A DNA stretch of 64,000 nucleotides from a virus. Each line of letters starts with the position of its first letter. Positions within the stretch are counted from its first letter, which is position 1. The stretch lies in IMG/VR virus record IMGVR_UViG_3300032245_001163; one strand, given 5' to 3'. A model generated the notes under the pieces. It had not been told where the DNA came from, made no database searches, and worked only from the letters and a program-made list of their open reading frames with translations. Positions 56,890 through 64,000 of this stretch are shown piece after piece. Both the position numbers and the translations under genes were made by a program.

Positions 56890-57904
56890 GGCGACAAAAA
56901 GTCCTAAACAAATCCCAGTGTTGATACACTCGGTTCACACAAATACGATTTACAAACAAGGAAGGATCAAAGTCCAGTTGATAAGATTTCAACAGTTCTT
57001 TACGATTGTAGCGATCCCAAGATTGATCACCAATGCCAAAGTTTACACTGTTGGTGGACTGTAAGTCAAATACTTCACATACAGTTTTATATTTACTCTG
57101 CCGACTGGTATAAATCCAGTCTGATTTAAAGTTGTCTAATAAAACGTTTCCTATCAAGGCACCCACATTGTTGTTGTAGCCAATGCTGTGATGCAGTCGT
57201 TGTCCATCAAATGTGCCCGGACGAGTGTATCGCATGCCTATTCGGGCAGTGCCCACAGGCCAGGCCTTGCTGAGAGAGAACGCCACAGTGTCTATGCAAG
57301 TATAACGCAAATCAATGTGTAAGTCATGACTAATGGGCCAATAGCACAGGTCCAACAGCACAGGAATGTTCTGTGCATCGCATATGGACATTATTCGGTC
57401 ATAGTTTTCGACTAGCGCCACAGTGTCGCAAAATGGCACACTTAATACTAAAGCATCGCCGGGCAACAGTGGATCTGACTCATCAATAAAACTCCAATCC
57501 GCATTGCCACTTATCCAAGTCTTGAGATGATAAAAGTATTCGCCCACAAAGCAACGAAAGCGTCTGTGTCTGTGTCTAAAGTAAAAACTATCAAAAGCCT
57601 GTGTGCTGCCTTCGCTGTAGTCTGGCTCGTATTCATCCAATCCTACGATGGTGCTGGTGTTGTGGCTTTGAATCCAGCCAGCAAAACGTTGCTCTAACTG
57701 TCGCAGTTGATCACTGCTGTTGGCAGCACGGACCACATCGTCAGGCCGGATTGATGCAGCCAGCACAGTTTCCACAGCAGGATCTCTATCCACTCTACTG
57801 CCAATGTAATAGCCATTCACTGCCGAACGCACAGCCCAAAAGTCAGCATTGGGGTTCTGTGCCTTGGCCATGGCGATAGCAAACTGTCTGCCTATGTGTT
57901 CCAT
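56867..57904 (-). CDS. PLP-dependent fold-type-I enzyme (paralog of 55370..56431)
   Basis: GSTQAFD, GEYFYH, LLDLCY, FSLSKAW, RIGMRY. Confidence 0.78.
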   Translation of the reverse strand: MEHIGRQFAIAMAKAQNPNADFWAVRSAVNGYYIGSRVDRDPAVETVLAASIRPDDVVRAANSSDQLRQLEQRFAGWIQSHNTSTIVGLDEYEPDYSEGSTQAFDSFYFRHRHRRFRCFVGEYFYHLKTWISGNADWSFIDESDPLLPGDALVLSVPFCDTVALVENYDRIMSICDAQNIPVLLDLCYWPISHDLHIDLRYTCIDTVAFSLSKAWPVGTARIGMRYTRPGTFDGQRLHHSIGYNNNVGALIGNVLLDNFKSDWIYTSRQSKYKTVCEVFDLQSTNSVNFGIGDQSWDRYNRKELLKSYQLDFDPSLFVNRICVNRVYQHWDLFRTFCRHELSIEI

Positions 57905-58449
57905 ACAATGTCCGGTTGTGCCTGTATCCAGGCCTTGGTTTGTGCCAACAACTCAACATCACTTTGAAAAATAGTGTTGTCCAAGTTTACTGCTAGATTC
58001 TTGCGGCGTTGTATAATGTATTCCACAAACGGTGTGTGAAAGTTCAGTTTCCAAATGCCGTTGTGGCCCAAGTACAAGTTGGGTGTGATACTGGGCGGCA
58101 GCGGGGTGCCTTGGTCCAGTTGTTGTTGATAATACACAGGATTATACACAGGATAGAAGTGCGCTTGTCGCAGTTCGTCTATGTTAAATGCAATGTCATC
58201 TATGCCAATGCTCAGTATCTCAACGTGCTTGTCTATGATGATACGGCCTGATGCATCCAACACATGATCATGATCTTGTTTGTTGTAGTGGCTGATCACC
58301 AGTTCGTGGAATCCAGGTGCAACACCCACAGTGGCTGAGATGTGTTCCTGTGCTGGGCCATCAAAGAAAGGTGCACCTTCGTCTATGGTACAACGTATGT
58401 GTGGCGCACCCAGTCTGGTTTCGCAGTGTAAAAAGATCTCAATGTTCAT
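57892..58449 (-). CDS. Hypothetical beta-rich protein (paralog of 56404..56889)
   Basis: HYNK...IIID...IGIDD...LGHNGIWKLNF. Confidence 0.7.
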   Translation of the reverse strand: MNIEIFLHCETRLGAPHIRCTIDEGAPFFDGPAQEHISATVGVAPGFHELVISHYNKQDHDHVLDASGRIIIDKHVEILSIGIDDIAFNIDELRQAHFYPVYNPVYYQQQLDQGTPLPPSITPNLYLGHNGIWKLNFHTPFVEYIIQRRKNLAVNLDNTIFQSDVELLAQTKAWIQAQPDIVWNT

Positions 58450-59923
58450 TCAAGATTCTTTCGTACTTGTTGCGAATAAAAGTCAACTGGTCATCGCCTT
58501 TCCAGAATGTATATCCCAGGCTAATAGCCAGTTCCTGTGCTTCGATCCTGCGTAGCACACGTTCTTTGTATGTGAGTTCAGTATTGTGTTTGTGCATCCA
58601 AAACACATCTGCAGGCCGCTTGCCGTCTACACCCACAAGGTTAAACCGTTCAGGATTGAGGTATACAGGTGTGCCTTCGCCTATGGTCAGGCTGGTGCCA
58701 AAGTTGATGCCCATCAGTGTGCCATCAGCCACATAGCGTTGATATTTTCTCAGCAAGTCTAGTGTCTCATCAAAGTCCTCACGTGTCTCACTGGGCCAGC
58801 CCACAATCATTAGAAAGTACAGTTTGATTTTGTATCGACTGGCCATTTGCACAGTAAAGTCCAAGTCTGCACTATTGAAGCCCTTGGCCATTTCTTTGCG
58901 CACACGGTCTGACCCTGTTTCCACACCAATCAACAGTGTATCAGCACCGCCACGACTGATCAAGGCCCAATCCGCTTCCTGCCACTGATTGGGTTTGCGC
59001 ACAATGTACATGCCGCTGTATTTTAATGTGCGTTCTGGCAATCCATGCCGTTCATAATACTCAACCAGTCTGCGATTGAACTGTCTAAAGTCCTTTAAAT
59101 CACCATTGATCAAACTGTCATTGAAGTAGTAATTGGTTGTACCATGCTGATGATAGTAGCCCACACACTCTTCGAACAATTGGTCTCCGGGCTTGCTGCG
59201 GAATCCTCCGGCATACACAGGCCAGTCACAGAACGAGCAACTTCGCACACAACCACGACTGCTTTCCAAGGGCAACTGCCCATCTGAATAGCCACTGTGG
59301 TATGCACAGATGTCATGATCAGAGAAGTCATATGCAGGAACTTCCGTCATTGAACTGCGTTCAGCAAAAGCATCTGAGTTGATGCCAGGGAAAGTGTCGT
59401 TGCCACGTAGCAGTTCAGGCAAGGCTTTTTCTGCTTCGCCTTGTATGTAATAGTCTATCACACCTGCAGCCATGAGTTCTTTGGCAAAGTAAGGGTCTTC
59501 GTTAAAACTGGTGTTTTCACTTTTGATCATGCCCTGCCCACCTATCACAATTTTGGCAGTAGTTGCAGTTCTAAGTTGCGTGATAAAGTCTCTAGCAAAG
59601 TTTTGACATTGCCAGGTAAAGATGCTGATCAAAATCCATTTGGGATCCTGAGCAACTATGTGCTCAATCCAGTGTGTTAAAAACTGTTGATAACTTTGTT
59701 TGGTCTCAGCGGACAACACAATGTTGTCATTGTACAAATATCTATCAAGTTCTTGAAACTGTTCTGCACCGTACTGCACAGCAAAGCGATTGAAAAAATC
59801 AATGTTGATGTCTACCAGTTGATTTGACACATGAATATTGTTCAACAAACTTTTGATCAGCGCCGTGCCTGCACTGGGCCTGCTGGGTGCCATTCTTGGT
59901 ATGTTAACAATCACTGCGTCCAT
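58439..59923 (-). CDS. Radical SAM protein with N-terminal cobalamin-binding-like domain (class B type)
   Basis: IVIGG, GEAE, SSRGCVRSCSFCD, FNDSLING, IGVETGS, IVGWPSET. Confidence 0.88.
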   Translation of the reverse strand: MDAVIVNIPRMAPSRPSAGTALIKSLLNNIHVSNQLVDINIDFFNRFAVQYGAEQFQELDRYLYNDNIVLSAETKQSYQQFLTHWIEHIVAQDPKWILISIFTWQCQNFARDFITQLRTATTAKIVIGGQGMIKSENTSFNEDPYFAKELMAAGVIDYYIQGEAEKALPELLRGNDTFPGINSDAFAERSSMTEVPAYDFSDHDICAYHSGYSDGQLPLESSRGCVRSCSFCDWPVYAGGFRSKPGDQLFEECVGYYHQHGTTNYYFNDSLINGDLKDFRQFNRRLVEYYERHGLPERTLKYSGMYIVRKPNQWQEADWALISRGGADTLLIGVETGSDRVRKEMAKGFNSADLDFTVQMASRYKIKLYFLMIVGWPSETREDFDETLDLLRKYQRYVADGTLMGINFGTSLTIGEGTPVYLNPERFNLVGVDGKRPADVFWMHKHNTELTYKERVLRRIEAQELAISLGYTFWKGDDQLTFIRNKYERILNEH

Positions 59924-62005
59924 TTATGCAATATCTACATCCGTACTATAACTGGTAAATCCGTTTTCTTTTACGACTTTGAGAATGTTCTCCACACGCC
60001 CTGCTAGTTCATCTCTGTGGCTTACAAGCCAAATGCTCTTGTGGCGTTCACGTGTCATTTTCTTCAACAGTGCAAGACTGGCTTCCACACCTTGTGTGTC
60101 CAAACCGGAGTCAATCATTTCGTCGATGAACAAAATGTTGATGGGGTGATACAAACTTTCCCATACATCACGGAATGCCCATGACATACTTAAAATCAAT
60201 CTGTTGCGTTCGCCACGACTCAAATTATCAAAGTCCAGTTCACGGCCTAGTTCTTCAATGCTTACACTCAAATCGTTTTGGAACTTCACTGTGTGCGGCA
60301 ATCCAATGCGATCCAGGTAATGTGTGAGTCGTGCGTTCAAATAGCTCAAGTTCTGATCAATAATCTTCTTGCGAACAAATGAATCTTTGCTTGTCAGTAG
60401 TTTGAGCAAGAACTCTTGATGGTCTTGTACTTTGGTTAACTCGTTAATTTTGTCGTAGTCAACTACCTGCAGGGCTTGTTGTTGCATGTCCTCAATCTGT
60501 TCGCTGTAAGGATCAGTTTCAGCATGCTTGTTGGTAATTTGTTGTAGTAAATTATTTACCTGGGTAGAGTGTTTGATGGCCTGTGCTTCGGTGTCGTAGT
60601 GGGTAGCAGGTTGTACGCCCAGTTCCACCGCTACATAGCCCACCAGTTGTTCAGCATAAGGATCAACCTCGGCTGCCTTGGCTGCGATCTTTTGCTGTAT
60701 GTTTTCTAATTCACTGCTATGACGGATAGCCTCTGCTTCGGTCTTGTAGTGTGTTGTGGGTTTGATGCCTAGTTCGCCCAAAGCCTTGAGTGCATCTGTA
60801 TTTTCCATCCACTGACCATTGGTGGCCAAGGCCTGTAGCGCAGACTCTTGCAGGCTTTTGCGTTTGGCATCCAGCACTTGCTCGTGTTTGGCATCATGCA
60901 TTTCCTGTCCACAGGCATAGCACTTGTGATCTTCTAACTGTGCAATTTCTGCTTTTAACTTGTCAATGATCTTTTGTTCTTTGGCTTCATCGGCTACACA
61001 ACGAGCAATGAGTTTTTCAAGTTCAGCAATGTCCTTGGCTCGTTGATTGTATGCTGCCAAGTCTTGATGTGCTTGTAGTTCTGCGCTGATATCAATGTGG
61101 CTGAGTTGATTATAACTGGCTTGCAAGGCGGCAATATCTTTGGCTTGTGTTTGTTGCCATGCAGTTTGATATGCCAACAAACGACTGTGTGCATCTGCTG
61201 CCTTCTTGCGCTCAGTCCACAGTGCAAGTTCTTTGTGTGCCAGCAACTCTGCTTCAATGTTGACTTTGGCCAGTTCATCATACTGACCCACAAGATATGC
61301 TAGGTCGCTGTCGTATTTCTTTTGCCACAAGCCTTGTCTGCGTCTTAGACTTTCAATCTGTTCTTCAATGCGTTTGTTGGCTTCCTGCACAGCACGTACT
61401 CTAAACTCTTCGGCTGTAATGGCATCCTTGGTGGCTTTGTTGAGTTCTTTGATGCGTTCAGCACGTTCGCTCAGCACAGTGATGCCCAACAACTGCTCAA
61501 TAATAGTACGCTGTTCGTTGGCTTTCAAACTCAAGAAAGGTTCTGTGTAGGTATTCAATGCCAGAATGTGCTTGAACATGTCATGGCTCATACCAAACAC
61601 ACGTTCAATAGCATCCTGTGTTTCGCGACTGTCGCCTTGTGCGTCATCTGTAGCAGTTTGTTCTTCACTGTCCACATAAAAGCGCAACACATTGGGCTTG
61701 CGTCCACGCTCAATTTTGTATGTTTTACCGTTGACAGAGAAGTCTAGGCTCACCAACATGCCTTTGCCATTGGTTTTGTTTACTAGATTGTCCTTGCGAA
61801 TATTGCTCAAGGCTTGCCCGTACATGGCATAACTTAGTGCATTGATGATTGTGGTTTTGCCTGTGCCGTTGCGGCTTCCGTCGCCGCCTAAGTCCAAGTT
61901 CTCGCCCAGCACCAATGTAAGGTCTTGACGGTCAAAGTCAATGCCTTGTGTGGCATTGCCCACACTCATAAAGTTTTTAACAGTGAGATTCTTGATTTGT
62001 ATCAT
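59924..62005 (-). CDS. gp46: Recombination endonuclease ATPase subunit (gp46/Rad50-like)
   Basis: KNFMSVGN, NGTGKT, zinc hook CYAC, LSRGE signature, LFIDE, VSH. Confidence 0.95.
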   Translation of the reverse strand: MIQIKNLTVKNFMSVGNATQGIDFDRQDLTLVLGENLDLGGDGSRNGTGKTTIINALSYAMYGQALSNIRKDNLVNKTNGKGMLVSLDFSVNGKTYKIERGRKPNVLRFYVDSEEQTATDDAQGDSRETQDAIERVFGMSHDMFKHILALNTYTEPFLSLKANEQRTIIEQLLGITVLSERAERIKELNKATKDAITAEEFRVRAVQEANKRIEEQIESLRRRQGLWQKKYDSDLAYLVGQYDELAKVNIEAELLAHKELALWTERKKAADAHSRLLAYQTAWQQTQAKDIAALQASYNQLSHIDISAELQAHQDLAAYNQRAKDIAELEKLIARCVADEAKEQKIIDKLKAEIAQLEDHKCYACGQEMHDAKHEQVLDAKRKSLQESALQALATNGQWMENTDALKALGELGIKPTTHYKTEAEAIRHSSELENIQQKIAAKAAEVDPYAEQLVGYVAVELGVQPATHYDTEAQAIKHSTQVNNLLQQITNKHAETDPYSEQIEDMQQQALQVVDYDKINELTKVQDHQEFLLKLLTSKDSFVRKKIIDQNLSYLNARLTHYLDRIGLPHTVKFQNDLSVSIEELGRELDFDNLSRGERNRLILSMSWAFRDVWESLYHPINILFIDEMIDSGLDTQGVEASLALLKKMTRERHKSIWLVSHRDELAGRVENILKVVKENGFTSYSTDVDIA

Positions 62006-63018
62006 AAGTTTTGATAGATTTGCAACAGCAGTTTGTTGTCGTAGAATTCTGATTCTATGTTAGTGAGTTGGTCAGTGACGATTTGGTCTACCGACTCAAA
62101 CTTGACGTCTCCGGGTGCAAGGTCCACATCTACGCCTGAAGTTTTGTTGGGTATCAACGCCATTTCACGCAGGCTGTAATCTTTAATAAAAGTTTCTTTG
62201 ATAAAGTTTGCTTCTTCGTATGAGATTTCAATGTCTAAGTTTACACGAACATGCATCTTGGGTGCAAGCAATGTGGCTGCATTGTCAATCAGGTTAGCAA
62301 GTCCGTAAACTCTGTATCGGGGCTGATTGGGCCAAGCATGATACTCGGGCTCTTTGCCCCATTCTAAGATCATCATGCCACGCTCATCGTCTCCGGCGTC
62401 GGCATAGTTGTGTGGGAAGCAGTTGCCAATGTAAGTGATGTTGTTGGCAGTTTGACGTTTGTGAAAGTGTCCTGTGAACACATGATCAAACCCCCCAAAG
62501 TCGCCACGTTGTACTGTGCCATGGTCCGGCATCTGTACCATGGCATTCATGTAGTAGCCGGGCAGTTCAAAGTGCCCAAACATGTACTTGCCAGTTAGTT
62601 TTGGGATACGCTTGTGGTCATCACCGCATAGCCAAGGAGCAATAACAACGTCACCGCTGCTGAACCAATCATTGCAAATTTCAACTTTCGGCAAATGTTT
62701 GGCCCACTCCACACTTTGAATATCGCGCTTGTCTCGATAATAAAGATCGTGATTGCCAGGAATAAAATATACCCGATCAAAGTTGTCATTCATGTGCTCC
62801 AGGGCCCGGAGACTGTAGCTCAAGGTAACAATATTTAAGCTGGCCCTGTTGTTGTGCCAATCGCCCAGGAACAAACAAGTTTCGCAACCTTGTTCTCGTG
62901 CTTTGGCTGTAGCCCATTTAACAAAATCCAAACAGTCATCGTTGTGTGTTTGACTGTTGGACTTTAACCCAAAATGTATGTCTGTGAAGACCGCAGCCTT
63001 CTTGAATAGATTTGTCAT
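62002..63018 (-). CDS. gp47: Recombination endonuclease nuclease subunit (gp47/Mre11-like)
   Basis: DIHFG, LGDW, GNHD, GHFE, GHFH metallophosphoesterase motifs. Confidence 0.95.
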   Translation of the reverse strand: MTNLFKKAAVFTDIHFGLKSNSQTHNDDCLDFVKWATAKAREQGCETCLFLGDWHNNRASLNIVTLSYSLRALEHMNDNFDRVYFIPGNHDLYYRDKRDIQSVEWAKHLPKVEICNDWFSSGDVVIAPWLCGDDHKRIPKLTGKYMFGHFELPGYYMNAMVQMPDHGTVQRGDFGGFDHVFTGHFHKRQTANNITYIGNCFPHNYADAGDDERGMMILEWGKEPEYHAWPNQPRYRVYGLANLIDNAATLLAPKMHVRVNLDIEISYEEANFIKETFIKDYSLREMALIPNKTSGVDVDLAPGDVKFESVDQIVTDQLTNIESEFYDNKLLLQIYQNL

Positions 63019-63024
63019 TCTATA

Positions 63025-64000
63025 TTATACTGTGAATCCCATGGCAATAGCAATGGCTTGATGACTCAAAACAAAATTTTGTTGACGTCGCTGATCGAAT
63101 TGTTTCACGGCAGCAACAAATTTGGTACCATCACTGCCAACACTGTTCTGGACCTGTGTTGCAATGGCCCTGAGTTCGGTACGAGACGAATTTTGGTATT
63201 TTTCTATGACTAATTGTTTGCCTTTGGCAGTCAACTGATCAATGGAAAAATGCAAAGGATTTTCTAAAATATTCAAAACAATGTCAACACCGTTTGATTC
63301 GCCCCAGGCAAACATGTCATCAAGGTCAAGAATATTTTGTATGTTCACTGTGCAATAAACATAGACTCTGAATTTGTTTTGATCCAAAGACAAGAACTTT
63401 TGCACATTGTTGACTACATCTTGCCAGTGCCCGCCTCGTTCTGATTCGAATTTTTCTTCGATGTTATCTATACTTATTGCAATGTCATTCAAACGAAATT
63501 GCGATAATTTTGAAATTAAATTTTCTGGAAACACTGAACCATTGGTATGAAAATGCAATCGTATATGTTCAGCATGACCTAAACTTATAATACGATCAAG
63601 CGCACCTGGCAAACTTTTCAATAAAAACGGTTCCCCGCCAGTTATGTCTAAATTCAGTAAATCTGGCCAGGTTGAATCAAGTTGATGTAAAAAATTTTCA
63701 ATATTGTCGTACCACTGACTTTCGTCTACAATTTTTTGTATTTTTTCTTTTTGTGCAGGCGCGGTTGCAAATTTTAATTCTTCGCTTATGCGCAGAGAAC
63801 TAGCGGCAAGATCACATATTTTGCATTTGAAATTGCAAGTGTTTCCTAACTTGAGGTCAAGGCTGCGTATCTTAGGCGATGAAATCCAGGTAGACAATAA
63901 ATCTTTTTGATACATGCTCAAACAACGTTGTCTATGACTGATTTGTTTGTAAGATTCTTTTTGCCAACAAAATTGACACGATGTTGGTTTTTCTCCTCGC
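63025..64000 (-). CDS. Twitch-type radical SAM protein, 5' end outside the window
   Basis: CNFKCKIC, TGGEPF; frame stays open to the edge (RGEKPTSCQFCWQKE...). Confidence 0.85.
   Translation of the reverse strand, partial: RGEKPTSCQFCWQKESYKQISHRQRCLSMYQKDLLSTWISSPKIRSLDLKLGNTCNFKCKICDLAASSLRISEELKFATAPAQKEKIQKIVDESQWYDNIENFLHQLDSTWPDLLNLDITGGEPFLLKSLPGALDRIISLGHAEHIRLHFHTNGSVFPENLISKLSQFRLNDIAISIDNIEEKFESERGGHWQDVVNNVQKFLSLDQNKFRVYVYCTVNIQNILDLDDMFAWGESNGVDIVLNILENPLHFSIDQLTAKGKQLVIEKYQNSSRTELRAIATQVQNSVGSDGTKFVAAVKQFDQRRQQNFVLSHQAIAIAMGFTV

Noticed and set aside
461-63018. Inteins, introns or stop-codon reassignment in core genes
   Set aside because: Terminase, capsid, portal, gp46 and gp47 are continuous in code 11 without intein motifs, and all three stop codons are used as stops

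Overview
This window is a gene-dense 64 kb segment of a large T4-like (Tevenvirinae-superfamily type) myophage genome, mostly the virion morphogenesis region on the minus strand, read in the standard code. Head genes: portal gp20, protease gp21, scaffold gp22, capsid gp23, terminase gp17, a likely gp16 and head completion gp4. Neck and tail genes: gp13/14/15, sheath gp18, tube gp19, a tape-measure-like gene, hub gp26 with a -1 frameshifted gp51-like extension, and five or six long Gly/Asn/Thr-repeat fibre genes. DNA-metabolism genes: gp46/gp47, dNMP kinase, DexA-like exonuclease, NUDIX, HNH and GIY-YIG. Accessory enzyme clusters are interleaved: three Twitch/SPASM radical SAM enzymes, a B12-type radical SAM, a 2OG-Fe(II) oxygenase, two PLP enzymes in a duplicated two-gene module, an aminoacyl-tRNA transferase-like GNAT, a TPR-GT9 glycosyltransferase and a secreted NucA nuclease. 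The most notable unexplained elements are (i) a ~380-nt highly structured, probably pseudoknotted non-coding element directly downstream of a minimal GIY-YIG gene, (ii) the radical SAM/PLP/transferase modification toolkit, (iii) the programmed frameshift, (iv) head-internal proteins sharing targeting motifs, and (v) many TAAATA late promoters placed to give leaderless mRNAs. No tRNA, rRNA, CRISPR array, integrase or reverse transcriptase was seen. All family assignments come from motif recognition, not database searches.
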